A stretch of 64,000 nucleotides of DNA from Dudresnaya verticillata (GCA_977862235.1 OZ374562.1:806001-870000), one strand, 5' to 3'. Positions 1 to 13,623 are shown, counted from the stretch's first letter. Numbers and translations: made by a program. Notes: generated from the sequence alone by a model not told the origin.

Positions 1-1
1 C

Positions 2-928
2 GTGTGTTTTCGAGACTCCGAATATCGCTTCGGACTTGGTCGCGCGTTGATATCGGATGTCACGCAACGTCAATACGTATGGGTACTTGCGGAACTTCGT
101 TCATGATGGTGGTTCGAAGTTGTTTCCGAGGAAGGCGGGTACCCGGATCTTTCGCTCTGATGCTCAGATCGTACGATGCCGTTCCCGAAGATGTTCGTGA
201 TTTCCATCGAGGCTGCGGATCGGAGGGAGCTCCAGTCGACTCGTCGCGATTTCCAGACGGGACAGTGGTCCCAAGTGGTCGGGCACGACTTGGGATCCGG
301 GGCCTGATTCGATTGGCGTCACAACCGACCCTCACGAGGGGGCGCGGTCCGCGAGTCGATTCCTTTTCGCATCCGAGTGCCGCGGTTCGTGCCATCGGAG
401 GCGAGATTTATCCTTGCCGCGTGTTCCCCGCTCCGTAGCTCCGATGTGTTCGCCACCGCTGACTCCGGGATCAGCGCTCGGCACCAGGGCCGTTGCTTTG
501 GCGCCGAGCGCTTCGGGTTCCTCGGCCGCGAGTCTCGAGATGCTCTGTCCCACGAATATTCGTACTCTCGACTCCGTGAGTAATGCGTGTAGCGAAACGG
601 GCATCTCCCCGATGGGACGTTTCGGCAAGTGCTGGAACACTTCGGCGGAAACTTCCTTCCCACAGCCACGGAGGTGAGTCGCCTTCGTAGGAAGCTTCGG
701 GATCGGGATGCGGAGATAGAGGACCTTCGTCATCGTATTCGGGACCTCGAGTTGAGCGGTAAGCGTAAGCGTCGGCGCGAAGATTACGGTTACCCGAGTT
801 ACGATGCTTCGCGTGGGTCTGGCTCCGGGGGCCCTTCGGGCTTCGGACCCAGCGGTGGCGACGGATCGATGGTCACCGTGGACAATCAGAGACATCGGAT
901 CCGTATGCGCCGAACTTTCTTCGAGTGA
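2..928 (+). pseudogene. 3' part of a degenerate antisense accessory ORF of E1
   Basis: Frame +2 start VCFRDSEYRFGLGRALISDVTQRQYVWVL aligns ungapped by eye with TEWVANVAYAWLWEVYDTFRMYHL of the A/B antisense protein; 629-928 gives a coiled-coil/basic segment (EVSRLRRKLRDRDAEIEDLRHRIRDLELSGKRKRRR). Confidence 0.45.
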
Positions 929-2345
929 CTCGTGACGAAAATGGAAACGATCCTCGTAACAACCGGCCTTAAGAATAATCTAATCCGTATGGTGTGGTAC
1001 GTAGTGGTAGCGCCGTGGCTTCTTCTTTTAGCTTCATAGCTACTTAGTTTCTCGTTTTGTTATCGGGCTCCTTGTTATTGGAGCTCACGGTGGAGGGGTC
1101 TCGGTCTCGTTGTATCGTCTCGAGGAAAACGTTTCTCTTTCTCGACCCTTCTCTTGCCTCGTAGCAGTAGTCACAAAGTTGTTAACATTTTATCTTTGGC
1201 ATAGTAGCTTCTCTTTATCAGGCTTCATGCTCAAGTGTGCGAATTGAGACTTCTTCGTAGAGCGGCTTCGTTTTTCGTGATGCGTGTGGCGTTGATTAAG
1301 AATAAAATTACGCGTGTTTCCTTCGAGGCGTCGAGTCATCGAGACTTCGTAATTCTGCGTGCACGGCCCTCTCCTCAAGACGAAGGCGTCCGCGGCGGTG
1401 TGATTCGTGTGATACGTATGTCCGGGCAGCCCGCAGCGCTGCGGAGGGGTCTCAAAGTCTTCGGGGAGCAAGTCGCGTGAGCTCGCTGGCTTTTGAATTC
1501 GAGTTGCGGCGGATGCGCACGGGCGCGGAAGGAACGTATAGTAACGCGATATCGAGCACCGAGGCATGAGAGAGGAGTGCGCGAGTCGAACTAGTGAGAA
1601 ATCCGTGGCATTTTGCGAAGGCGCGTCGTGCGTCTAAAAAGGGAGGACTCTGTGGCTCCGGCAAGGGAGTGAGGAGGCGCGTGCGGTGCTCCGAGGCAGG
1701 CGATCGAGCGATGTTGGCGTGATGCGTGGGTTGCGACTGCGGAGTGCGTCTTGCGGGTGGCATCGGCCTCGATCTATTACGTACGGCGCGTATGACAAGT
1801 TAAGTATGGTGCACAGTGTCCGTTCGTCGCGGTGTCAGCCCTGTGATTCGAGTTCCGCAGTGCAACCATGTGCGCGTACGAGCCGGCGGCGGATATCGCG
1901 AAGCTTGTTGGGTCGACCACCACACTGATGGTCGATACCGCACGCTTTCGTGACCAGCAACTTAGCGGTGGCATCGTGGCGAACGAATTCGGTGACGCAG
2001 AGAGGACTTCGTGTCGCCTCCGAGCGCTTCGTTGTCGTGCGTCGCGTGCAACCGAAATTGCGGAGCTGCACTAGCGTGAGGTGCGGGGTGACGGGCGTCT
2101 GCTTTGAGGCAACCTTGTGCATCGGGGCAGTTGCAGTGTGCGACGAAGGCGCGTTGAGAAATACGGAGAGGGGTATCGCGAAGTGGTGCCATGAGGGGCG
2201 CGTAGCGGCACTGTGCAAACGTATGCTCCGGGGCAATCGGGATGAGTACGTTAGCAGTCAACACGTGGTGCAAGAACGTAGTGGGACTCCGGGGCCGTTG
2301 TTGTGATGAACGTCTTGTGCCGCGCAACTCGAGTGGGCGTAGGAG

Positions 2346-5300
2346 TCATTCGTGCTTCGGGTTGCTGATCACTAAGTCGGAGCTACGGAACCACTCGGGG
2401 TCCCACTCGGAGAGCCATTCGTGGGCACGTAGCGCGGGATCACGAGGGTCCGCTTGTCTTCGAAGCCTTGGTAAGTAGCGCGAAACGAGTTCTTCGGGCA
2501 CGTGCGTACGAGGTTCCCACGTAGGCCTCGAGCAGAAGTACCATTTGATGCGAAACAATAATCTTCCATCGTCTTCGGTTGCGCGATCGAGGATGCGATC
2601 GACAATGTATTCGGGGCCTGCGGTGCCCTTCTCCGCAATATCTTTGGGTCTCATTATGGACGGTCGGGAATCCGATGGCGGGCGCGTAGATACAGCGGTC
2701 CGCGAAGACACGTTCAACGAGGCCCTTACGATCGATCACGAGGGTGCGCGTATCGTTCAAGAGGACCTTATGTGGCCCCTCCGCAGGGGATTTCAACTTC
2801 GGAAGTATAGTTTTCCCATCGTGGGCATCAAGGAACACGTAGTCTCCGGGTTTCACGCGACTCTTCGTGCTTCGGAAGCGCTTATCGAAATCGCGTTTAT
2901 AGCGGTTTTGCACGCGCTGTAACGAAGTTCGTGCGGAGGTGATTGCGACGTCGAGTCGCTGAATGAAATCGTTGCGAATTTCCTCCGTGGGTTTCTGTCG
3001 GTGCTTCCGGGAGCGATCCTTGACTGTGAATTCGGGCGGCTGTCGCGATAAAACGAGATTGAACGGAGTTGTCTTCGTAGACCGATGAATGTGGCAATTG
3101 TACGAATACGTTAGCGCATATACCTAGCGGTCCCAATCTTTTTGATGGTCGTTCACGTAGTTGCGAAGCATCGCGGGATAGTCCGTTTATATCGTTCGGG
3201 TTTTCCATTCTTTTGCGGATGATACGCGGAGGTGAACACGTTCGATAACCCGAGTAGTCGGCACACGCCCTGAAAGAACTTTGAAGTAAATTGTTTTCCG
3301 TTATCAGAGAGCACCGAGGCTAGCGGTCAGTACTTGAAGATCCAAACTTCGCAAAACGCAGCTGCGACGTGATACGCGGTTGTGACTCGTAGTGTGGCCA
3401 CCTGGGTTAACTTCGTAAATTGATCCGTAATCGCGAGTATGAACGTGCGTCCGGATTTCGTTCGTGGCAACGGGCCTAAGATGTCAGTCGCGACCAATTA
3501 GAGGGGGCGCGTAGCGGGGAAGAGATTCAATCGGTGAAGGTTCCTTCGTAAACGAATTTGATTTCTCGCGCTTGCAATTTCGAACCGTAGATGCGATAAC
3601 GGCAGCCGTGTAAGGCCAGTAATACGGTTTACGAAGTGAGTAGAACATGCGATTCTGCCCCGGGTGGCCTGTGAGTAACGAATGATGCGCTAGCGTAAGT
3701 ACCCGGGCTCGGAGCGTTTCGGGCAATACGATTTGCGTTAACTTCGGAATTGTCGGATGCGTTCGTCGCAAGAGACCGTCTCCATCCTCGTAAAAGATAC
3801 TATCCTTCGTTTTCGATTGGCGTGCTTGCACCGTTTGGCAGAACGAATAAATACGTTGTCCCTAGAGGATTTCGGATACGGTAATCGGGGCGGGTAGGTC
3901 TACGGGTTTGACATCGGTTAGACAACGCGGTTTCTCGTTAGGGTCGATTCGATAAAGGTCAAACGGATCATTGTCATCGATATCGTCCCATAAATCGCAG
4001 TCATCGTAAACATCGGTTTGTCCTTCGTATTCATCCGGTAGTGCTTCATCTTGTGCGTGGGCGCAGCCTTCGTGGCACGCATGAGGGTGGGTTTCGGAAT
4101 CTTTCGGGACCTCCATGGGTCGTTGCGTAGTATCGCCTCGAACTACTGTTTTTTCGAGCGTCGTCGTCCGTGTGGAGTCGTGGTGAATCGAAGTGACCTT
4201 CGATTGACGTTTGCGAGATCGCGTAGTGATGCGAACCGGCTTTCTTTCGTTTTCGATAGTTTTCGTGATGTCGTTTCGGAAACGTTCTTCGTGATTTGCC
4301 GCGTTTTGATCCGAGTCAAACGCAGGCACTTCGTCATCGATTTCGGGTTGTTCGCGATGCGGAAGGAGCAACCTCGAGAGGGCATCGGGAATCTGGTGGA
4401 CGCGACCGGGGCGATACACGATTTCGAAGTTGAATTCGGCTCATCGCAGCCTCCATCGCGTGAGTCGCCCGGACGAATCGGTGAGATAAAGAAGCCATCG
4501 TAGCGCGTCGTGGTCCGTACGCACGATGAACCGGGTCCCTTCGATTTACGGACGTAGCGAAGTAACCGCCCATACGACTTCGTAGCATTCGCGCTCGGTT
4601 GCGGAGTAGTTCTTCTCGGCACCGTTTAACGAATAAGACCAGTATCCCACGGGTTGAAATTCTTCGTGATCTTGCTCCTGTAGCAACGAGCACCCGTGTT
4701 GATACGTAGACGCGTCCGTATCGATGATGTAACGTTTCCCTAGTTTCGGTAGCCGGAGTACCGGCGGTGACACGAGCTTCCGTTTGAGCTTCTCGAATGC
4801 TGTAACCTGATCCTCCGTGGGATTCTCGTAGTCCGGATCCGCGTCCTCTCGTGCCATGTCCGTCAACGGTCGCGCAATTTTCGCGACGTTTTTCAAGAAT
4901 TTTCGGTATACGTTACACGCGCCGAGGAATGAACGGACTTGGGTGCGTGCATTCGGGAACTTCGCGCATCGGAATGCCTCGCAGCTCTTCTCGGCCATAC
5001 TCAGCTTCCCCGGGGAAATTAAGTGTCCGAGATAATCGACTCGTTTTTGGAAGAGGAAGCACTTCTTCATCTTGAGCGAAACCCCGGCGTTACGAAGTAG
5101 CGTGAGGACTTGATGGATGATGCGCGATGTGTTCACGAAGATTCGCGGAGAAAACGATCACGTCATCGAGGTAAACGAGGCAGTACTGCTAACGGACTTC
5201 GGACAGAATGATATCGAGTGCACGCTGAAACGTAGCGGGCTCGTTTTTCAAACCGAAGGGCATACGAAGATAACGATAAATTCCGGGAAACGAAGCGAAC

Positions 5301-6690
5301 GTAGTTTTGTCGCGGTCTTCCGGGGCAGCCGAAATCTGCCAATACCCGCTGTTACAATCTAATGTCGAAAAACCCGAAGCCTCTCCGAGTGAATCGATAC
5401 AATCTTCCATCCGGGGAAGCGGGTACGCGTCCGAGAGTGTTTTCGTATTGAGTCTTCGGTAATCCACGCAAAAACGAAGTGTTCCGTCTTTCTTCGGTGC
5501 CAGTACTACGGGAGACGCACACTCGAGGTAGCTGGTTCGACTACTCCGGCTTTGAGCATACTGTCGATTTCGTTACGGACGATTTCTCGTATTGCGGGCC
5601 CTTCACGGTAGGGCATCGAACTAATAGGCTGAGCTCCGAGTTGTAGATCGATACGGTGCTCCGTGGCTTTGATCGTTCCGAGGTCTCCGTTCCACATCGA
5701 TTCGTGCTTTCGTAGCATCTCGACGACCTCGTTTCGCTTAGTTTCGTCGGGTATATTCGAAAGGTCTCCACGTTCTTCCCAATCGCGGGAACTCGAATTG
5801 GCTTCGTCAGCCACGTTCACGGCGCCTTTCTTGAGCGGTTTTTCCTTCCTGGATACGGATTCTTCGGGTGACCTCGAGTCGTCGTGCTCGCGTAGCGTAG
5901 AAATGTTGAGCACCTTGGCAAACGAATCCGCGACTTCGCTATCGGGTGTCAAAATCGCGAGCGGGTTACGAGCTGCGTATCCGATGACGTTTCCCTTCGG
6001 TAGGACTCGAGGCTTATCCGTGAAGTTCGCCATGAACACCGAACACTCACGATTCGGACTGAAATAGTGTATCCCGTTCTTTAACCGTACGCCGTGTCGG
6101 TGCTGTAACGAAGGTTTCGATTCGATGTGAATTAGTCCGGGTGCCTCCGAAGTCACGCTGAATAGCTTCTGCGAATAACTCGGGATTGTGACTCGGCGGT
6201 TCAAACGAATGGGGCGGGTCTCTCAGTCCCAATTTTGCAACGCGCGTTGGTGTCACTTGATAGCGTTTTCCCGAATTTCTGTTTCGGATTTCTCGAATTA
6301 ATAGCTGGCGGAGCCGATCCAGCGATTGATAATCGGAATCGTGCTTCCACACTTCATGATGAGCCTCCGTGGGCTGAGCTCGATGCCTCGTAAATGCGCG
6401 TCCATCCACGAAGTTCGAAGGAGAACGTCGACTGCGAGTTTTTGCTTAACCAAGAAGGGTACGCGGTAACGAACGTTCCCGAGGCGGCCTGTCAGGTAAA
6501 CGATATCATCGAGTTGCAACAAGGTGCGATCAGCAGACGCGAGCCTCGGAGCTGATTCCATCGTGGACGCGTTCGCTTCCCGACCGATGGGTAACGCAGT
6601 CCGGGCTATTAGATTGTAACCGGAACACATATCGAAAGCAATCGTATGCGGCGTCATTACGGAGGCATCGAGGACCACGAATACGGTCAT
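2346..6690 (-). pseudogene. pol: E1 pol pseudogene (protease, RT, RNase H, integrase, chromodomain)
   Basis: PR-like FDMCSGYNLI (6298-6690); DYRRLN..YPLPR, MPFGLKN and YLDD (~5162-5173); RNase H IIDTDAS; integrase HHSLLTGHPG and SDNGKQFTS; chromodomain EYIVDRILD..FRIKW..TWEP (2346-2717). Confidence 0.93.
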
Positions 6691-6940
6691 GAGGAAGATC
6701 TACGATGTCATCAAGCAAACGTATTACTTAATGGAAACTGCAGGTTCGCTCTTCGGAATCGGTCTCTTCTTCAAATTTTTTCTGACGAAGCGGATTTCGA
6801 GAGGAATCGACGTTCCGTTCGGTCTCGTCGTCGCGTAGCGCGCTTCCCTCGCATCGCAGCGGATTTAGGAATCGTAACTCGCGGAGTGTCTCGGGGAACG
6901 GAATTAGACGAAGTACGTGGCAAAACGGGCGTCTTCGCCT

Positions 6941-9381
6941 TTACTCGTTTTCCGAACTCGAACCAGAATTCGAATTACGAGGATCCGTGTCCAAAGGAGT
7001 GGTTGATTGATCGCCTCTTCCGATTTTGGCGGAGTCATCGTAAGCCTCCGAGGGCAAGTTCGGGCGACTCGACTCAATCGCGTCAACGTTTTCACGGACT
7101 GCGAGAACCGGTTGGCGGCTTGGAGCCTGCCCGTGTCTCGCATTGCGGAGGACGGTCGGCGGTCCTCGATGCGCGAAGCTTATTCGACGCTGGGCTCGGT
7201 CCCGCGGGTAGCACGTATCGACATGACGAAGGTCTCGGTTTGCGCGATTGTCACGCGATCCTCGCGAGTCCAGTCCACGGTGACCTCGATTGTCAACGGA
7301 CGCGAACGAATTTCCTCTCGTGGTACCGCGATTCACGAAGGTGTTACGCGTATACGGTCTTGTCTCGAGTTGATAGATATAGTTCTGATACACGGAGTAG
7401 GGTTGTTGCTCCTTCGTGAGATACGGACACTAATACATTAAATGACCGATATCGTGGCAGAACCAACACGGCCACGCATCCTGGTTCGTCGGGATCATCG
7501 AACGCGCCATCTCGATTTGCCCCGGGTCATCGGCGGCACACGCGCGGGCACGAAACGCTCGATGCGACTCGTGAGATCCAACGTATCGTACACGGAGACC
7601 GTTGTCGAAGTAGTCGGTGTAGCGGCCGCGGAACAGGGTCCCGAACGAATCATCATCACGGCCATTTTCGGGTCTTCGTTCATCGGGTACTCGAATTCAC
7701 TCCCGGGAGTATCGCATCGTGCGTCCAGGCGCTTGATGACTCTTTCGGTACGTAGCAGACGCTTGTTTCTTCGAATCACGAGACTGTTGGGCCGCGGTGT
7801 GACGTTTTTCGCGAGCTCCGAATGTCTTGCCTTCGGCTTGCGCTGTCCGTTGTACGCTCATGAAGTTCTTTTGCTCGGACAATGATAAAAGGCGAACCTG
7901 GTCGGCTACGATAGGATACGTAGTAGTTAGTAGTCCACGAATAAATTGGTTCGTTAACGAAGAGTCATCGTAGACACCGGAGCAGACATCTGCGTAGCCT
8001 TGTAGACGAGTCGTTAACTCCATCTCGGTTTCTTCGGACTTCTGCTTCGCGGTAATCACGCGATCGTGTGCGTCAGCGATTAAGTCTTCCATGATAAATA
8101 GTTGTAGCAATACGTTCATGAGAGCGGACCAGCAAACCGGGTTGCCAGTATTAACGCCTCCGAAGGCATAGTGCTGATACACCTGGAACGCGGTCTCGTC
8201 GAGGAATCACGAAATCGTTCGAACTGCTGCTCCTTCGGTGAGCCCGACTCCGTTCAGCGCTTGTCGAATATCACGAAGAAATGCGAGAACCTTAATCGGA
8301 TCGCGTCCCGTAAACTTCTCGAGCCTCGGCATCATCGAACGCATGCGCGAAACGGTTTTCAACGTGTTACCTCAGAATACTTCGTGTTGGTTATCCCGAG
8401 GTGACGAATGCGTGAGTCGATACGATCGATAGCTTACGGCCCGCGCAAATTCGGGAATGAGCGTCGGTATCGGTTCGACGCCCGGCTCGAGCGGCCCCCA
8501 ATGCCAGAATGATGATACCAGTCCCGCGAGCGATAACGGTTGTTCGATTATGGGTCCTCCGGGGGACATCGGTGGTTGAAGTGAATTTCGGAATACTGCG
8601 GGGTTGATACGGGGTTGTCGGAGGCATTGGTTGCCTGATGCGATGAGGGGCGCGGGGACTGATTCGGATACGTGTTTTTCGGTAACGCAGATTTGGCAGC
8701 CGGGCCTTGCACGGGTTGAACTCGCGGCGAATTGCGGGGGTCAGGACGGGTATCGGGACGATCTTCGCGATTTAGAGTCTTTTCCTTCGGTAACGCGGCG
8801 GACACGATGTCACGAATAGCGTTCAACCGCTCCTTCGTAAACGCGTGCGAGCTGCGAACGGGAATCGAGTGACTCTCATTGCCCACGGGGGCGGTTGCGT
8901 TGCGCTCAAGCACGAAGAAGCGGCTGCTGACTTCCGAGACGAGATCCCGGAGACTCTCGAGCGAGTCTTCGATCCTACGGGCCTTGCCAGCACGGAAATT
9001 GTCGAACTCTGCGTGAACTCGATTATGTGTGTTGCGAATTGAAAGCTGCGTGACACGGTACGCAGTGGACAGCGCGTCGATGACCTCTTCGTAGAGTAAA
9101 CGTAGCTCAGCACTGGAGATTTCATTCATCGAGAAGAGTCGATCGACGGTATCCGAGGGAACGATTTCCAACGGAGTGTACGTATACGAAAGGCCGGACT
9201 GGCTACCGTGAGCCTGCGAACGCGAGTCTCTGAGAAGATCGGGTACCGTTCTACGTGAAGCGCGGGTACGAGAAAACGGTTCTCGGTCACTCGCGTTCGA
9301 GTCGAAATACGGGAGCTCCGGAATCGGTACGTCATCGGGTTTCGGTACCGGCGAATCGGGACCACTCGAAGCGTGAGACAT
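6941..9381 (-). pseudogene. gag: E1 gag pseudogene
   Basis: Fragmented ORFs 8548-9381, 7697-8182 (AKQKSEETEMELTTRL, gag-like) and 6941-7393 ending SENE*, located between PBS and protease. Confidence 0.75.
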
Positions 9382-9433
9382 CGTGTCTCGGATAGAAAGG
9401 AATTACGAATAAATGCGAAACTTCGGAACCACG

Positions 9434-9451
9434 TTCTAGGTCGGGAGACCA
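9434..9451 (-). promoter_or_regulatory. Primer binding site of E1 (tRNA-Tyr-like)
   Basis: TGGTCTCCCGACCTAGAA 1 nt after the LTR end; identical to the PBS of A and B. Confidence 0.9.
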
Positions 9452-9452
9452 G

Positions 9453-10292
9453 TGTGATATAATGAAATCCACGGTGACGCGGGGGAGTCTCGCACTGCAA
9501 GGAATGGCCTCGGAGCCTAACTTGTGGCCTCGAAGCCTGACGGAGAAAGGAAAGGGGTGGTAGCGTGGTAGAGCGGAGCGACCAACACGAAGGACCACGG
9601 TGTCAACGTATTCGTGCGCGGAAGGGAGAACTCGAGCGATCGATCACCGGGGATGACTCAGGTGCGCGGGCTATCGAAAGCGAGGCTCGACCGTATCCGC
9701 GGTCACGAAGACGAAGACACCGAACTCGAAGAAATAGGCGTTTACCGGAGATTCCGAGGTCCGGGAGCTAGTCGCTTACCGGAAGTCCTCGGAGGTTGTG
9801 CCAGACGACTGTCTAAGCAATACTACGTGAGCACGAATATACGTCAACGCGGGAGACGGTTCGTACTCGAATGATTCGTAACGGCCCCGGTGCCAACGAA
9901 CGGTCGTCTCACGTATGGTGGCGGTTACGAAGTGCGCCAGCGATGCATACGGAGGTGCACGCGCGTAGTGGGCCTCGGTGCCGCTAAGCGCAGGAAACAA
10001 CGGGAAGATCACGAAGGCGTCAGCGATTTCGTATCGCGTGCGTTCTGTAATGCGAATGCCATCGTGGCGCGCGCGATCACGAAGTCAGCTCGGAATTCGT
10101 CCGGAGGCGTCAGCTATTTCGTATCGCGTGCGCACTGTAATGCGAATGCCATTGTGGCGCGCGCACAGTATGCGCACTGCAACACGTTTTCCATCGTGGT
10201 GTGCGCGTTCACGGAGTCGTTTCGAAATTCGTATTTCTCGATTACTTTCACGTAGACCACGGAGTTGTTCTGCGCACAACGTATATACCACA
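9453..10292 (-). repeat. 5' LTR of E1 (~840 bp)
   Basis: Termini TGTGATATA...TATACCACA (imperfect inverted repeat, TG..CA), adjacent to PBS; contains a 90-bp tandem duplication starting at 10015 and 10105. Confidence 0.8.
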
Positions 10293-10585
10293 CTCTGCTG
10301 CGATTGAATCCATGTACGAGGTCAACTGGGTCTTCCAACTCGGGTCCGAGTTCTTCTCAGCGATTCTACGTACGTAGATCTCGCGGTCCTTCTTGAAAGT
10401 CCCTGTCCACAGTCACGAAGTCGGCGGTCGTTATCCCTATCAGCCGCGGAGCCTCAACGGTCGCAACGATCGTCTGATGTACCTTGCTTCTGGTACCAGT
10501 TCCAGCACCTTGTCGACTCCTTGTATTCATCGTGAACACGAATAACCTCTTCAGCCAAACGGTAATCCCCGGGGTGAGTAATTAC

Positions 10586-11083
10586 TGTAACGCAGTCCGG
10601 ATAAAGCGAGCCACTCGCGTACGTGGTGGTGGGTAAAAGAGAGAGAAAAGGGAAAAGCAGGAAGGCGAGGATGGAGACTAGGTCACTGCGGGTTGCTGGG
10701 AGTCCCCGTCGTCTGTGCTGACGCCCGCGGGCTACCGTCATTAGGTAAAAAAGCAGAATGTGAGCTGCTCTGCTCAAATCGTACGACCCACGCTATTTAG
10801 TGGACTACACGATCGCAGCCTCCGCCCTGGATCGGGCAGATCCAGTCTGGCTCAGCTTGTCGCGGATTGCCGCCGTCGCGTCTGTCGGAGACGACGGTCG
10901 GAGAGTCGTATTGTACAATACAGTCCTGTATCCAGGCTGGGTGCCCTGCAGACATCCAATCAGATAGAGAGGCATGTCCAGGCACTGCTGTGCTGCAGAG
11001 AGGAGGTACCGTACAGTGTACAATGTACAGGGTTGCCTATGCTGGCAGGGTCCGAGTACAGGTAGTACTGGGTGGTGCTTACA
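10586..11083 (-). repeat. Candidate older LTR followed by a gag-like fragment (10293-10585) into which E1 inserted
   Basis: Ends TGTAACGCA...TGCTTACA; purine-rich tract like the other LTRs; no partner, TSD or tRNA PBS seen. Confidence 0.3.
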
Positions 11084-11552
11084 GGAATTACCAGATTTCC
11101 AAAGTGAGAAAATGGTCTCATTCGGAAATCGACAGCACCACCTAGATCGCCAGATACAGCTGTAACACCTGTACGCTCAGCAGCGCGCTTTTGCGCTGCT
11201 CCAAGCCCCCATTCCCGCCAAAGCTACAATTCGGCGTTATCTCTCCAGGGCCTGGTGTTAAGAATTGACAAAAAAGTCACATCGTTCGCGGGAAGCCGGT
11301 GATGAGTGAAACGCCGATACAACAGCGCGGTCTTGCTGTATACAACAGCTCCAACCAGGCACCGAGAGCAGTACCACACAATTGCCTTCGTCTTCTCCCT
11401 GCTCTCCTTCTTTTCCTCTAAGATGAACACGAACGACATTAATCACCTTTCTACTCCGGCTCCATCTGACAGTGCAGTTCTGCTTCCATCTTCAACTTTC
11501 AACACAGGTTGTCCGGTTGGCGTGGCACGCCTGCACTGCAGGCATCCGCAAC

Positions 11553-12295
11553 GATGACGCTGGACATCACACCCATACTATCGCGTAGGGCCGAAGCTTC
11601 TGTTGACACCCACGCTCCTATTCCGAAATTAATCCAGAAGGTGAGGAAGAGTGGAACGCGAACCGGCTCCCCTAACTACAACAGTGAGGACCTTTCCGCA
11701 GCTCTCGACGTCAGGGCGTTGAGCCCCTTGGAAGCAACGAGTGGGACCTCGTGTCAAGTCGGTACAACGTATGGGCCGAACGCAATGAACGCCCTCATCG
11801 TCATCAAGACTCCCTGAAAACCAAGTTCGATAAATTGTGCATAACTAAGAAGAAGACCGGAGACCCTTCCTGCCCACCCAGTGTCCGCCGCACGAAACGA
11901 CTCGCTCGTGGTATTATCGCAAGATGTACTGCAGACTCGTTGGGTGATGGCGATGCTGACGACACAGAATCTGATGGAACAAAGGTACTGTCTGGGGGGC
12001 TGTGGTATCTTCCAATGAAATGCGGGACGCTGTTGTTGGAGAGCGCACGGATAAGCGCTCGCCGGGTAAAACTGGGATAAAGCGTTCTGCGGTGCACGAC
12101 CAGATCGGAATCATGGTGAACCACATCGGCGATATGACTGATGCGCTTCGCAGCAGGCCCAGTGCATCTCATGTCGTTACCAGAGATGACATACTGACCA
12201 TAGTAAAGTTTGAGATGGAACCAACGCAGATTATGATGGCCGAGATGCATCATTGGCTGAAGGAGATGCGTGAGAACCGCGACCACAGGGAGTAA
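11553..12295 (+). pseudogene. Harbinger-associated Myb/SANT-like DNA-binding protein, frameshifted
   Basis: GSPNYNSEDL ... EWDLVSSRYNVWAERNERPHRHQDSLKTKFDKLCITKKKTGDPSCPPSVRR across frames 11509-11817, 11751-12080 and 12002-12295. Confidence 0.65.
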
Positions 12296-12429
12296 CGCTG
12301 CTTGGTACTTTAGAACTTTACTCGTTCCCCTGTGTGTAGTGTGCGGAGTTCGTGGACGGGAAAGTGAAACCCAACGTCTTTATGTTAGCGGTGTTCAGTT
12401 ATATTGAGTTCCGTTTGCATACGTTGTTC

Positions 12430-12956
12430 TTATCTGGTTTCCACCGACTGTTCTTTCCTTCGGTTTAGCAGGCGCACGCATATAGCAATCAATCGATGCC
12501 GCTTTCTAGAGTCTGCGGGAAGTGGAACCTTAAGACGCGCGAACGGCCCCTTGATTGCTCTAATACCCCATTCAGCAGTCTGTCGCTCACTTGGCATAAC
12601 CCTTTGAATGATGGTATCTATAGCCGCTAGCTCAACAGACACCGGTACATCATGTACCTCATTTGATTTCCGCCCGCGTAAAACTTTTCCGTTGGCAGTG
12701 CGTGTATTATTGACGAATGCCGGATCTCCCAATTAGTCATTCCTACAGGTGTCATCTCACCACCAAGCTTCGGAAAGTACAAACCGGATACTACGGTAAG
12801 CATAGTATCATGCCAACTACCCTGGAAGTTGATAGCGGCGTGATTATTTCCCCCTTGAAGTTAAACATAAAGCAATTTGTCACTTCGACGGACTGTGTAT
12901 ACCCCTCAAAGTAAGCGTTCTGCAAGTCCGTGTCTTGAAAGTCAGCACAAGGAAAC
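12430..12956 (-). pseudogene. PIF/Harbinger DDE transposase, C-terminal half
   Basis: QNAYFEGY..NCFMFNFKGEII; frameshifted AINFQGSWHD; GDPAF; ERQTAEWGIRAIKGPFARL (DDE_Tnp_4-type motifs). Confidence 0.8.
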
Positions 12957-13623
12957 TGTATTGCAACACCCAAACACGGGGATTGTCCCAACCGTGTTTG
13001 ACGCGGTCTCCCGCGGTTAGGTAGCAGGCGCCACGCGGTGAGGCGGGCGCCTGTGTGGTGGTAGAGCAGCCGAGACACGTGGTGTGCCCTGGGGATAGTG
13101 TGACTGGGGTCGACTGTAAACCCCCCGATCCACCTGAAGTGCCGTACTGCACGTAAGCGTAGCGACGGCGATACACGCCTGTAGGATGGCGCGGAAGAGG
13201 GACTCAGAACAGGGTACGTAGCCCGAATTGCGAGCGGTGGTGACACCGGAAGAAAAGTCGGGGGTATCCTCAGGTTCAGAGACCAACTTGGCGCTTTACT
13301 GTGAGAGGGTTTCACCCCGTATACTAAGTATCCCCCGCGGGAGGTGCGCGCGCGTGTCTGGCGCTGTGCGTCAGACACCTGGCATGTGCGCGCACCGCGA
13401 GCTCACTAAAATATCGCGCAAAAATAATTAGCGTAGAAATACTACTACCGCACTGTAAATCAGTGCAAAATAACGGTGCGCATTGCTGGCGCGCACCCGA
13501 TCGCGGACTCCCTCGGATATTGCTGGCGCGTGTGCGCGTGTAAACGTGGATGATTGCGCACACGTGTGCGCGTGTATGGCAGCGGGCGTCTGCGGGAAAA
13601 CAGGGTCCGGGCGCTGCACCACA
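12957..13623 (-). repeat. 3' LTR of C
   Basis: TGTATTGCA...TGCACCACA; direct repeat of 32518-33185; adjacent polypurine tract GAGGGGGGGCTA on the minus strand. Confidence 0.92.

Larger units (their letters stand above)
1..10292 (-). mobile_element. Ty3/Gypsy chromodomain LTR retrotransposon E1 (degenerate; 3' LTR lies outside the window)
   Basis: Minus-strand order LTR-PBS-gag-PR-RT-RNaseH-INT-chromodomain; many stops and frameshifts; right flank CTCTG predicted as TSD. Confidence 0.93.
11248..12956. mobile_element. Truncated PIF/Harbinger DNA transposon (two convergent genes), cut by element C
   Basis: Myb/SANT-like ORF (+) converging on a DDE transposase (-); left boundary (GGGCCTGGTGTTAA) is tentative. 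Confidence 0.7.

Noticed and set aside
10454..10777. Secreted protein with hydrophobic leader
   Set aside because: The hydrophobic stretch derives from a pyrimidine tract like those in the LTRs of this window
12791..13378. 195-aa ORF as a gene
   Set aside because: Fusion of C LTR sequence with the Harbinger transposase fragment
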